This document shows, in pieces, positions 15,648 to 24,309 of a stretch of 39,680 nt of DNA. The notes beneath the pieces are model-generated. The model searched no databases. It was not told where the DNA came from and saw only the letters and a program-made list of their open reading frames with translations. The position numbers were made by a program, and so were the translations under genes. Where the stretch lies: NCBI GenBank assembly GCA_002688335.1, contig NZCQ01000035.1, positions 1 through 39,680 of the forward strand. The letters are read 5' to 3'. Numbering within the stretch: position 1 is the first letter of the stretch; each line of letters begins with the position of its first letter. Source of the DNA: Candidatus Pacearchaeota archaeon. GTDB lineage: Archaea > Nanobdellota > Nanobdellia > Pacearchaeales > GW2011-AR1.

Positions 15648-16613
15648 ATGAAAGAAGTAATAATAATTCATGGAACAGAAGGCAGTCCAAAATCAAACTG
15701 GTTTCCATGGTTAAAAAAAGAATTGGAGAATTTTGATTGTGATATATTTATTCCAAAATTTCCAACTCCAGAAAATCAATCTTTAAATAAGTGGCTAGAA
15801 GAATTTGACAAGATTAAAACTAATATAAAAGAGGACACTATTTTAATTGGGCATAGTTTGGGCCCTGCATTTATTCTCTCGGTTCTTGAACAAATTGATA
15901 AACCTATAAAAGCGGCATTTCTTGTTGCAGGATTTACAGGCAACCTCGGGAATGAACATTTTGATTCTTTGAATGACACATTTGTTAATAAAAAATTTGA
16001 TTGGAATAAAATAAAAGGAAATTGCAAAAAATTTTATGTGATTAACTCAACTAATGATCCATATGTACCAATAGAAAAAGGGGAAGAATTAGCCAATAAT
16101 TTAGATGTTGATTTAGTTCAACTAGATAATGCAGGACATATTAATGCCGAATCTGGTTACAATACGTTTGAGTTTCTTCTTGACAAAATTAAAAAAGAAT
16201 TGTATAGAGAAACTGAAAGTTCAGGAGGAGTTGTTCTCAATAAAGAGGGCAAGGTCCTAGTTGTAAGTCAACATGGAACTTCTTGGTCACTACCAAAAGG
16301 TCATATTGAAAAAGGAGAAAATCAAATAGAGTCAGCAAAAAGAGAAACCTATGAGGAGTCTGGAATAACTGAATTAGAACATATATCTTATCTTGGAAAC
16401 TATCAAAGATATAGATTAAACAAAAAAGGCGGAATTGATGAAACAGAAAGAAAAACAATTCATATTCATTCATTTAAGACCAATCAAGATATACTCAAAC
16501 CAGTTGATCCAGAAAACCCAGAAGCAAAATGGGTAGATAAAGAAGAAGTATCAAATCTACTAACGCATGAAGCAGATAGGGAATTTTTTAAAAAAATTAT
16601 CAATACTATCTAA
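15648..16613 (+). CDS. Fusion protein: YdeN/RBBP9-type serine hydrolase domain plus Nudix hydrolase domain
   Basis: N-terminal half: VIIIHGTEGSPKSNWFPWL and GHSLGP. C-terminal half: Nudix box LPKGHIEKGENQIESAKRETYEESGI (GX5EX7REXXEEXG). Confidence 0.7.
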   Translation: MKEVIIIHGTEGSPKSNWFPWLKKELENFDCDIFIPKFPTPENQSLNKWLEEFDKIKTNIKEDTILIGHSLGPAFILSVLEQIDKPIKAAFLVAGFTGNLGNEHFDSLNDTFVNKKFDWNKIKGNCKKFYVINSTNDPYVPIEKGEELANNLDVDLVQLDNAGHINAESGYNTFEFLLDKIKKELYRETESSGGVVLNKEGKVLVVSQHGTSWSLPKGHIEKGENQIESAKRETYEESGITELEHISYLGNYQRYRLNKKGGIDETERKTIHIHSFKTNQDILKPVDPENPEAKWVDKEEVSNLLTHEADREFFKKIINTI

Positions 16614-16647
16614 AAGTAATCTTGAAAACACTAAAACAACAATAAAA

Positions 16648-17553
16648 ATGAAACCAGAAAAGCTAAAAATAGGAGATGCTATTGGAATTGTATCACCTTC
16701 AAATCCAGTTGAAGGAGAAAGCATAAACTTACTAGAGAAAGGAATTAATTACCTAGAAAATTTGGGTTTTAAAATTAAAAGAGGAGAATTTCTTTCATCA
16801 ACAAATCCTGAAGATAAAGCTAAGGATATCAATAACTTCTTCTCAGACAATGAGGTAAAGGCTATAATCTGTACTCAGGGAGGGGATAGTGCTGAAAAAA
16901 CTATTCCATTTATTGACTGGGAGATTATAAAAAAGAATCCTAAGATATTTATGGGGATAAGTGATATAACAGTTCTTCTAAATTCAATTAATCATAAAAC
17001 CGATTTAATCACGTTTCATGGAAATGATATATGCTATGGGTTTGGTAGAAATCCAAATAATTATGACCTAGAGGAGTTTAAGAAAATTTTAGTTAATGGA
17101 AAATCAGGAGAGATAAATTCTAATGGAGAAAGAAAGACGATAAGGTCTGGTGTAACTACTGGTAAACTTTCTGGAGGAAATATAAGGTGTCTATTAAAAT
17201 TAGCTGATACAGAATATTGGCCAGATTTTGATAATTCTATACTAATATTGGAAGCTTATAAGATTGATGAAGAAAAATGTTTGGAATATTTTCAGATTTT
17301 AAAAGATAAAAAAGTATTTGATAAAATTAATGGTGTAATCATTGGATTCATATATGAAATGCAAAAAGAAAATCCAAATGAAAAACAAATGGAAGATTTA
17401 CTATTGGAATTTACCAAGGAATATGATTTTCCAATTCTTAAGATTAATGATTTTGGGCACAACTGTCCAAATACAACACTTCCAATTGGAGGCAAAGTAG
17501 AAATGGATGCTGATGAAAAGACAATAACAATAATAGAAGGATACATAAAATAA
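16648..17553 (+). CDS. LD-carboxypeptidase / MccF-like peptidase S66
   Basis: IGIVSPS, nucleophile motif FMGISDITVLL, and DFGHNCPNTTLPIGG near the C-terminus. The track start at 16567 overlaps the previous gene, so I prefer the ATG at 16648 (MKPEKLKIGD). Confidence 0.75.
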   Translation: MKPEKLKIGDAIGIVSPSNPVEGESINLLEKGINYLENLGFKIKRGEFLSSTNPEDKAKDINNFFSDNEVKAIICTQGGDSAEKTIPFIDWEIIKKNPKIFMGISDITVLLNSINHKTDLITFHGNDICYGFGRNPNNYDLEEFKKILVNGKSGEINSNGERKTIRSGVTTGKLSGGNIRCLLKLADTEYWPDFDNSILILEAYKIDEEKCLEYFQILKDKKVFDKINGVIIGFIYEMQKENPNEKQMEDLLLEFTKEYDFPILKINDFGHNCPNTTLPIGGKVEMDADEKTITIIEGYIK

Positions 17554-18075
17554 TCAGTCTTCCCACTCCAACTCCACTAAATCCTGTGGACTAACATGAC
17601 AATAAATTTCTGTCGTTTGCAATTTTGCATGACCTAAAAATCTCTGTACCTGCCTCACATCCCATCTCTTTTTATTCAACAACCATGTGGCTCCAGAATG
17701 CCTTAATGTATGAAAATGTAAATCCTTGTTTAAAACTTCTTTTGCTTTATTCTTAAATGCAATCTCCAGTGCCCTTTCACCACAATTGATAGGCAATTTA
17801 TTCAAAGCATGTAGCACTCCAGACTGATTAATCTGCAAGGGTTTAATAATCGGAATATGTCTATCTTTCTTTCCCTTTGCTTGCTTAATCATTATCAAAT
17901 GTTGTTTCTTATCAACATTCTCTAATTTCAAATTAACAACTTCGCTTACCCTCATAGCCTGATAAAATCCAAGAAGAAAGGCCAGCTTATGATTATTTCT
18001 TTTTGTTTTAGAAATAATTTTTACTAACTCGTCCTCAGTTATTGTTTCTGGAATTCTTCTCCCTTTCATCTCCAA
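17554..18075 (-). CDS. Minimal tyrosine recombinase (catalytic domain only, 173 aa)
   Basis: FYQAMRVSEV (Arg), HFHTLRHSGATWLL (H-x-x-R), FLGHAK (His) and TTEIYCHV (Tyr). Confidence 0.8.
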   Translation of the reverse strand: MEMKGRRIPETITEDELVKIISKTKRNNHKLAFLLGFYQAMRVSEVVNLKLENVDKKQHLIMIKQAKGKKDRHIPIIKPLQINQSGVLHALNKLPINCGERALEIAFKNKAKEVLNKDLHFHTLRHSGATWLLNKKRWDVRQVQRFLGHAKLQTTEIYCHVSPQDLVELEWED

Positions 18076-18485
18076 AATCCCTCCCTTTTCTGTCTTCTTC
18101 CAATTATTTGTCTGGGATAGATTCTTTTTTGAGGGCTTAAGATTTTGGAAGTCACAACTTTCTCCTTAGGCAACTCTTTATCAAAATCTATGTCGCAATT
18201 ATCTGTGCCTGTATGAAATGTTCTGGAACTAGAACCAAAAATATCAGAAAAATGTTGCAAGTCCTCAGAATTCTTTCTATGTTGAGGATTGTTCAAATTT
18301 AAGTTTGTGTCAAATTCACATGCAACCGCCTTCGGAGATTTATCCTTTCCAAAACAAGCTAAGTCCAGTTTAGAGAGAACAGAAAAATCTTTTGAAGGTA
18401 TAATAAATTCAGATTTGCATCTATATCCCTTTTCTTCCAATTTTCTTTTATTCAACTTCTGACAATCTGAATGTTTCTTATCCAT
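18066..18485 (-). CDS. Hypothetical protein
   Basis: 139-aa ORF overlapping the recombinase start by 10 nt. No family recognised. Confidence 0.4.
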   Translation of the reverse strand: MDKKHSDCQKLNKRKLEEKGYRCKSEFIIPSKDFSVLSKLDLACFGKDKSPKAVACEFDTNLNLNNPQHRKNSEDLQHFSDIFGSSSRTFHTGTDNCDIDFDKELPKEKVVTSKILSPQKRIYPRQIIGRRQKREGFWR

Positions 18486-18659
18486 TTATTCAAACCTCCT
18501 TTTTTCCCCAGTTCTCCGATTGATTCCAAACTTATACAAAACTTTATCATTAGTTTTATCCCTTCTCTCAAATATATCCCACTCATCTTTCTTTTTAATC
18601 TTAAAGATTATGAATATTATGATAGCAATAACAATTCCAATAATTATCTCTTTTTCCAT
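18486..18659 (-). CDS. Small membrane protein (57 aa)
   Basis: MEKEIIIGIVIAIIIFIIFKIKKK... Not in the track. Its stop abuts the next ATG (TAAATG). Confidence 0.3.
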   Translation of the reverse strand: MEKEIIIGIVIAIIIFIIFKIKKKDEWDIFERRDKTNDKVLYKFGINRRTGEKRRFE

Positions 18660-19045
18660 GTTTTAACATATCTGTCCTCAAATTCTATTGTTTTAGTTTT
18701 TTCAACAGGAACTTTCTTTACTACTTCTCTTACCTCAACTTCTTTTTTTATTCCTTTCTTTTTAGGAAGATTCTTTATACCCTTATTACTCAACTGATAC
18801 CATCTATTATCTAACATCCTTCTGGGACCTATTGACTTACTATTCACAAAGCGGGATACTCTCAATAAATACAACCAATTCCATGCAGTTTTTCTATCAA
18901 CTTTAAGAACTTGCTGCATCTCAGACAGAGTAAACTTTCTTTTTCCAAATTTCTTTCTTATAGTATTAACAGCTATTCTATTAGCGCTAAGATTCCTTTC
19001 CTGCCATTGGCTTAGATTTTCAACCCATACTTGTTTTTTGGCCAT
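18644..19045 (-). CDS. Putative winged-helix DNA-binding protein
   Basis: FTLSEMQQVLKVDRKTAWNWLYLLRVSRFV is HTH-like. The C-terminal tail is basic. Confidence 0.45.
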   Translation of the reverse strand: MAKKQVWVENLSQWQERNLSANRIAVNTIRKKFGKRKFTLSEMQQVLKVDRKTAWNWLYLLRVSRFVNSKSIGPRRMLDNRWYQLSNKGIKNLPKKKGIKKEVEVREVVKKVPVEKTKTIEFEDRYVKTWKKR

Positions 19046-19067
19046 TTTCTAGACTAGTACAGAATAG

Positions 19068-19802
19068 CTATATGATTTCATCAGAATCCAGCTTATCTGT
19101 TTCAATATTATCTCCAAACAATTCTTGCTCAGATTCGAATAACTTATCAATATCTGAATAATCTTTCTCAATATTATCTGATTTATCTATGGATTTTTGA
19201 CTTTCTGCCTTCGGAACTAATTGCATTGATGATTTGGTTATCTTTCCTCCAGTCAACACAAGCAAAATTCTATCAAAAGAACCAGCTCTTGATACAATTT
19301 CTTTATGAAACTCTTGATAAAATTTTTTCTTGTTACAATATCCAGCAGAACCATTTTTAGATTTCTTCCAACAATTTAATAATGTGGGGAGTATTATCAT
19401 ATTTAACACACTCAATAAATTTTGAGAGACATTTGATAAAGTAAAGGGATTAATTCTTTCCAAAGGACCAGAAAATAGGCCATCTATTTTAATTCTTAAA
19501 TAAGTAAGATAGTTATAAATATCATTTTCTAAATCATTAATAAGTGCATTATCAGAAACATGACTTTTTGTAAAAGATAAAAATTCAGATAATATTATTT
19601 CTAGTAATCCAATAAGTTCATTGATAGGAGAAATTAGGGTATCTAATCTCTTGTAACCTTTTCTATAATTATTAAACTTTAGTTCATAAAGTTGATATGT
19701 CTTTTTGAATTTATATAATAGCTCAGCTACATCTTTAGCATCATCAGGAGCTTCATGCTTTACATTTATTATATCTAAATTATCAGGCAATTGTTCATAC
19801 AT
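19068..19802 (-). CDS. Hypothetical protein
   Basis: 244-aa ORF with an acidic C-terminus. No family recognised. Confidence 0.45.
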   Translation of the reverse strand: MYEQLPDNLDIINVKHEAPDDAKDVAELLYKFKKTYQLYELKFNNYRKGYKRLDTLISPINELIGLLEIILSEFLSFTKSHVSDNALINDLENDIYNYLTYLRIKIDGLFSGPLERINPFTLSNVSQNLLSVLNMIILPTLLNCWKKSKNGSAGYCNKKKFYQEFHKEIVSRAGSFDRILLVLTGGKITKSSMQLVPKAESQKSIDKSDNIEKDYSDIDKLFESEQELFGDNIETDKLDSDEII

Positions 19803-19803
19803 T

Positions 19804-20049
19804 TTACTCTCCTTTATTTATTTGCAATATCTTTTTTCTTGCACAGGGTTTACAAAGATAATCAATGAAACAACCATGAGCTGCATTTGAAAACTGAACA
19901 AACTCGCATTTACATTTGCTTGTATTTCCCTGGATTGTACAGCCTAGACAGATTTCATTTCTTGGTTTAAACAATCTTTTTACAACTACGTTGCTATTGT
20001 AATCCCAATCAGGAATTCCCATTTCTTCCTTTAATTGATTCATTTTCAC
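19804..20049 (-). CDS. Small Cys-rich (zinc-binding-like) protein
   Basis: 81 aa with CLGC...CKCE...C...CKPC. Confidence 0.4.
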   Translation of the reverse strand: MKMNQLKEEMGIPDWDYNSNVVVKRLFKPRNEICLGCTIQGNTSKCKCEFVQFSNAAHGCFIDYLCKPCARKKILQINKGE

Positions 20050-20201
20050 TTCTTCCTTTCTTCAAATTTTTTCCTGCATTTTTTAATAGACTCTTTTTTT
20101 GATCTTTTGTTCTTCATCTCTTTTCTTATGCAAGCATTGAACTCTTTCTGATTCATTGTTCTTTCCTCCAAATTTAATTTCTAATCTGTTGCTTCATTTA
20201 C

Positions 20202-20369
20202 TTAAGCAATATAAGGCATCACCTTCATTCTGTTAGGAATTACAACAAGTTGATTAACAGCCTCTACGCATTGCTGATGTCCCTTTATTTCAAGGTATGT
20301 TCCAATAACTGCTGCATTGCATGTCCAATCATCCTTTTGCTCTTTTCCGCAAATATCACATTTTTCCAT
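20202..20369 (-). CDS. Small zinc-ribbon-like ORF (55 aa)
   Basis: MEKCDICGKEQKDDWTCNAAVIGTYLEIKGHQQCVEAVN... Not in the track. Confidence 0.3.
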   Translation of the reverse strand: MEKCDICGKEQKDDWTCNAAVIGTYLEIKGHQQCVEAVNQLVVIPNRMKVMPYIA

Positions 20370-20418
20370 TTTTTAGTCTCCCTTAATTTAATTTGAAAAT
20401 AAAGGTCCAAGGGAACCT

Positions 20419-20748
20419 TTATTTTGTTGCAACATTATACTGTTGCTTACCATTAACCATTGTTTTAACAATGGTAAGTGTCTTATCTTTCAAAGGACCC
20501 TGAATTTTCAAAGCTCTTAAAAGAGTCCAAGCACTTGTCATGATAACTTTTTCTTCACCATTCTCTTTGGCATGAAATAAATAATAAACGCCTTCACTAC
20601 CAGTTAGCTCTACTGGCTCATCACCAATAAATGTAACTTCTACAGGTTTGTCAATCTCAAATTCTACTTTTGGTTTTCGCTCTATTTCAGTTGTTGGTAG
20701 TTTGTCCCATGCGCCAAGTTGTGGTGTTGTGGTTTGTGTCTGTTCCAT
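20419..20748 (-). CDS. Hypothetical protein (position compatible with a DNA-binding accessory replication protein)
   Basis: 109-aa ORF immediately downstream of the NTPase gene. No motif recognised. Confidence 0.45.
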   Translation of the reverse strand: MEQTQTTTPQLGAWDKLPTTEIERKPKVEFEIDKPVEVTFIGDEPVELTGSEGVYYLFHAKENGEEKVIMTSAWTLLRALKIQGPLKDKTLTIVKTMVNGKQQYNVATK

Positions 20749-20766
20749 TTTTATACCTCCTATAAT

Positions 20767-22575
20767 TTAATTGTAATCTCCCTTGCCATCATTTAGAAAA
20801 CTATTGTTAATATCGTTAGCAATAGTGTTTTTTCTGTGTTTTACAATAGGAAATTCCTTTCTAACGATAGAATCTTTTTTATCGTTAGAAGCTGTTAGTA
20901 CTGTTAACTCATTTAACGGCATATCTATTTCTTTCTTAGCATTATGGAAATTATCGTTAGCTGTTTTAAGGCCTTCACCTCCTGAAATTTCCACCTCTTG
21001 AGCTTTTTCTAACGATGAAACAGTACTAACAGTACCTTTTCTTATTGTAATTACTCTCTTTTTACCATCATGACTAGTATCAACCTCTATATCTTCATCT
21101 TCTAGGTTAGTTTTTATCTCATTAATCCTCTGAGTTAGCTTATTAGGTGCTTTAGGCCACATAGGTTGCTTAATATTAACATTGAGAGTAAATGCTCTTT
21201 GACCTAATTCATCTAAAAGTTGGCTAGGAGTCCCAGTCCATTCATTACAATCATTAATTAAATCAAGTATGCAAAGAGCTATTGGATTTGCTTCAATTGC
21301 TTCCTTGTTAAGAGATTCAATCTTATTGAAATATTTATTTAGATAAACTTTAGGCTTCTCCCCAAGGATTCGACTAGCAGATTCACACCATATAGCATAA
21401 TCTGCCATTCTAGGTAAAAATTTAATTTCACTTTCAACCTCATCAACAATCCCCAATGTTTTTTGAATAATCTTAAATATGGCTCCCGTAATCTTAGGCC
21501 TATCCTTTTCAAAATCACTATAGATTTGTCTTTCTGTTCTTCTATGCTCTTTCTTAATTCTTTTTAAATGAGTAATCACACTTCTATCTAAGAAATCTGG
21601 TTCCTGACCTGCTAAGTTAATGCCATTAAATCCAACTCTCCTGAGATAATTATAAATAATATCATCATCATCTGAAAAAAGCTCTCTTTTTGTAAATCCC
21701 TCTCCTGTCACCACCCTACAAAAGAAGTCTGAATATGTCTTAGAAAGATTTGTGACATTGTCGTAAAAAGCAAGATAATGATGACTTACCTGCTGCACAA
21801 GTTCAATCCTATCTTTCGGAAAACTAAGAATTTTTAAACTAGAAGGATCAACACATAACCTAATCAATTTTTTAGCCATAGATTTTCCTGAACCCTGGTC
21901 CCCATAAATAATCCATATTGCATAAGGTATATCTGATATTAATAGAAGTGATATATGGGGCCTTAGTATTATCTTATCTGATTCTTCCTTTACAGGAATA
22001 TACTTCCACAATAAATCAATATCTTTAATATCTGCATCTAAGTCGAAGATTAATGGTTTCATATGATTATATCTTCTAAATTTAACCGGAGGATTATTAA
22101 TCAAATTAATGGAATCTTTATCGATCCTTATGCAGCTCCATTTATCATCCACTATATCAATATAGATAACATTATCTATACGCGCAGACCTAAGATAAAC
22201 TTCCTCTCTTATTCCATCGTACATCGCCTTTGCTGAAAAGATTGAGATTAATGAGTTTACTCTTTCCTTTGTTGGAGGTTTACCAAGATTTTCATATATT
22301 TGTTTTACTACGTAATTATTAAATTGTCTTGATCGTATCGGCCAATTTTCTGTATGATTATTAATTCTTATTGTTGCGTATGCTACACCATCGCTATCAA
22401 GAAAAAGTTCCTCAATGTCTTCATCAATTGATTCGGAATCGTCTTGCTCCTCTTTAGATATTTCTTCATTTCTTTTTCTTATAGTCTCATTCCTACTATC
22501 AATTAGTTCTTGTGCTGCTTGCTTCTCAGATTCAATATCTTCTCTTGTTTCTAGACTATTCAATTCTTTTTCCAT
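20767..22575 (-). CDS. VirE / P4-D5-like replicative NTPase (SF3-helicase-like)
   Basis: Walker A IIYGDQGSGKSMAKKL (GxQGxGKS, as in the VirE/primase-helicase family) and the Walker-B-like HYLAFYDNV. The N-terminus is acidic. Confidence 0.65.
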   Translation of the reverse strand: MEKELNSLETREDIESEKQAAQELIDSRNETIRKRNEEISKEEQDDSESIDEDIEELFLDSDGVAYATIRINNHTENWPIRSRQFNNYVVKQIYENLGKPPTKERVNSLISIFSAKAMYDGIREEVYLRSARIDNVIYIDIVDDKWSCIRIDKDSINLINNPPVKFRRYNHMKPLIFDLDADIKDIDLLWKYIPVKEESDKIILRPHISLLLISDIPYAIWIIYGDQGSGKSMAKKLIRLCVDPSSLKILSFPKDRIELVQQVSHHYLAFYDNVTNLSKTYSDFFCRVVTGEGFTKRELFSDDDDIIYNYLRRVGFNGINLAGQEPDFLDRSVITHLKRIKKEHRRTERQIYSDFEKDRPKITGAIFKIIQKTLGIVDEVESEIKFLPRMADYAIWCESASRILGEKPKVYLNKYFNKIESLNKEAIEANPIALCILDLINDCNEWTGTPSQLLDELGQRAFTLNVNIKQPMWPKAPNKLTQRINEIKTNLEDEDIEVDTSHDGKKRVITIRKGTVSTVSSLEKAQEVEISGGEGLKTANDNFHNAKKEIDMPLNELTVLTASNDKKDSIVRKEFPIVKHRKNTIANDINNSFLNDGKGDYN

Positions 22576-22830
22576 AATGACTTATCCATGTTCTCAAGAT
22601 AGATTCCTCCATTTCAGTTCTTTGTCCGATAGGTTTATCCAAAAACTCCCTTATCTTCTTTCTTCTAAATGCTGCTGCATCTCTATGCAATTGCTCATTA
22701 AATGAAATCAATAATAATTTCATCACCCCTGTTTCCCCTATATTTATTTTTCTTACAACAATCTAAGTAGGGAGCTAATCTACATATCTCTAAATAGAAT
22801 TCTGATTCAATTTCATTGACAGATTGCAAA

Positions 22831-23154
22831 TTATAGTTTGCCATTTTGTAGATTATTAGAAAACTTTTCCCTCCATTCTTGCCAATATTTTGTATGACCA
22901 AATATTACTAATGAATCGCAACCAAGTACTTCTGCCATTTTTATTTTGACATAAGAACTTGGACGCCAATCCTCGTTCACTATCTTACTCATCGTTCCTT
23001 TAGAAATGCCAATCTTATCTGCTAATTGATTTTGGGATATGCCTACACGCAACAACAATACCCTAATCCTGTCTTTCACGGATATACTAAAACAATCTGC
23101 AACAGCATCAGCAATAAAAAAATCTTTTTTCTTAGTTTGTATTGTAGATTCCAT
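22831..23154 (-). CDS. XRE-family HTH transcriptional regulator
   Basis: IRVLLLRVGISQNQLADKIGISKGTMSKIVNE is a typical HTH_3. Confidence 0.7.
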   Translation of the reverse strand: MESTIQTKKKDFFIADAVADCFSISVKDRIRVLLLRVGISQNQLADKIGISKGTMSKIVNEDWRPSSYVKIKMAEVLGCDSLVIFGHTKYWQEWREKFSNNLQNGKL

Positions 23155-23156
23155 TT

Positions 23157-23312
23157 TTAGTCAAAATTAGATAGATTATCAGATTTAAAATTCGGATATT
23201 TTTCTCTTATTATAAAATCTAAATCATCAGAGATATTCATCAGTCTCTTGAACCTTCTTTCCAATTCTATCAATCTCTGGTTAGTTTCTTCTATTTGCAT
23301 CTTGTATAACAT
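23157..23312 (-). CDS. Small hypothetical ORF (51 aa)
   Basis: MLYKMQIEETNQRLIELERRFKRLMN... It ends 2 nt before the XRE start. Not in the track. Confidence 0.25.
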   Translation of the reverse strand: MLYKMQIEETNQRLIELERRFKRLMNISDDLDFIIREKYPNFKSDNLSNFD

Positions 23313-23430
23313 ATTTTTTTAATAGAGAATTTACAACAGGGCTTAACTTTTTATCTTGATTTTGTAAAATCTTTAAAGACTCTTTCAAAACTTCAGGTTC
23401 CAATGTAACGGTTGTAATCTTTTTCATCAT
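23281..23430 (-). CDS. Ribbon-helix-helix (CopG-like) small protein (49 aa)
   Basis: MMKKITTVTLEPEVLKESLKILQNQDKKLSPVVNSLLKKYV has a beta-strand-then-two-helix pattern. Not in the track. Confidence 0.35.
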   Translation of the reverse strand: MMKKITTVTLEPEVLKESLKILQNQDKKLSPVVNSLLKKYVIQDANRRN

Positions 23431-23432
23431 AC

Positions 23433-23550
23433 TTAGGAAATTTGTTTATATTTCCTAATATAACTAAATAGTTATATTTAAATCTTTCGGATTATTAATC
23501 GTAATTTCCTAATAGTTACAACCATAGGTTTATATATCTAAATTTCCTAA
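23433..23550. promoter_or_regulatory. Divergent control region with four copies of the 9-mer ATTTCCTAA/TTAGGAAAT plus a TATA box
   Basis: TTAGGAAAT at 23433-23441 is inverted against ATTTCCTAA at 23450-23458. Direct copies lie at 23504-23512 and 23542-23550. TTTATATA at 23529-23536 lies 21 nt before the ATG at 23558. Confidence 0.55.
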
Positions 23551-23557
23551 AACCAAT

Positions 23558-24193
23558 ATGAATACAAAAAAACCTTTGGTAGCAAAAAAGAATGTAGTTA
23601 ACATGCTTGCTTTAATTTTAATGAGAATAGATACTAATAAAAAAATAGCAGATACACTAGGAAGAAATGAAGCAACAATATCTGAACATCTCTCACCATT
23701 AAAAAAAGAAGGTCTTGTATTCACAAGAGAAAATAAAAAGAACAATGAAAAAAATTACGAAGTCAATTGTAGCAGGATTGCAGAATTATTCTTTACCAAA
23801 TACTTAAAAGACAAAAAGATTCTGAAATATAAAAATAATGATTTTGTTACATTAACATTCGCCGGAGTTGTTTCAATCAAAAAAGGATTATTAACAAAAG
23901 ATCCAAAAAGATTTGATAGAATTGATTTAACAGATATATTTAGAGAAACCCATGAAAACTTTTATTATAGGGGACTAGAATTAATCAAAGGAAAAGAATC
24001 TATTGCGCTTCAAGGGTATAGAACAAATAATGCAAAAACATTAAAATATTTTAAGGAATTTATAAAGTATATTTACTATGACATGAGAAACAGGATTGAA
24101 GAAAAAAAGAAAAAAGAGGAAGAAGATAGATTAAGAAAGGGTAAAAAATCTGTTGAGGAGATATCATTAAAAAATGCCCCCGACCGGATTTGA
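23558..24193 (+). CDS. Winged-helix (ArsR/MarR-like) regulator with extended C-terminal domain
   Basis: IADTLGRNEATISEHLSPLKKEGLVFTRE. The last 19 nt, including the stop codon, lie inside the 3' end of the intact tRNA-Lys gene on the opposite strand. Confidence 0.5.
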   Translation: MNTKKPLVAKKNVVNMLALILMRIDTNKKIADTLGRNEATISEHLSPLKKEGLVFTRENKKNNEKNYEVNCSRIAELFFTKYLKDKKILKYKNNDFVTLTFAGVVSIKKGLLTKDPKRFDRIDLTDIFRETHENFYYRGLELIKGKESIALQGYRTNNAKTLKYFKEFIKYIYYDMRNRIEEKKKKEEEDRLRKGKKSVEEISLKNAPDRI

Positions 24194-24249
24194 ACCGGCG
24201 ACACCGTGGTTAAGAGCCACGTGCTCTAACCAGACTGAGCTACGGGAGC
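24175..24249 (-). tRNA. tRNA-Lys(CUU), intact
   Basis: The complement reads GCTCCCG TA GCTC AGTCTGGTTA GAGC A CGTGG CTCTTAA CCACG GTGTC GCCGG TTCAAAT CCGGT CGGGGGC A. This is a full cloverleaf with anticodon CTT. No CCA is encoded. Confidence 0.9.
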
Positions 24250-24292
24250 ATGTATGTTTATAGCTCGCAATTAGAGTATTTAAGTGCTATTT

Positions 24293-24309
24293 TTTACTAA
24301 TAGGTACAC
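24293..24309. repeat. Right arm of the terminal inverted repeat
   Basis: The complement reads GTGTACCTATTAGTAAA, a 15/17 match to 4864-4880. It is 14 nt from the 7-bp core. Confidence 0.65.

Larger units (their letters stand above)
17554..24174. mobile_element. Plasmid/provirus-like replicon module nested at the right end of the island
   Basis: A uniform minus-strand gene string: RHH, small ORF, XRE, VirE/D5-like NTPase, small Cys-rich ORFs, wHTH proteins and a minimal tyrosine recombinase. A divergent wHTH gene carries repeated operators. The boundaries are approximate, and I found no separate att repeat. Confidence 0.5.

Noticed and set aside
16567-16647. Upstream extension of the S66 peptidase ORF overlapping the Nudix gene by 47 nt
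   Set aside because: The extension (MKQIGNFLKKLSILSKSNLENTKTTIK) is unlike the family's N-terminus. The internal Met at 16648 begins the conserved MKPEKLKIGDAIGIVSPS.
18066-18485. Possibility that this ORF is the frameshifted N-terminal (SAM-like) domain of the 173-aa recombinase
   Set aside because: The sequence shows no resemblance to integrase N-domains, and the 10-nt overlap looks like ordinary operon coupling. The two are kept as separate genes.
22698-22901. 67-aa minus-strand ORF overlapping the 3' end of the XRE gene by 71 nt
   Set aside because: The overlap is large and no motif is recognisable. It may be real in a compact element, but I cannot support it.
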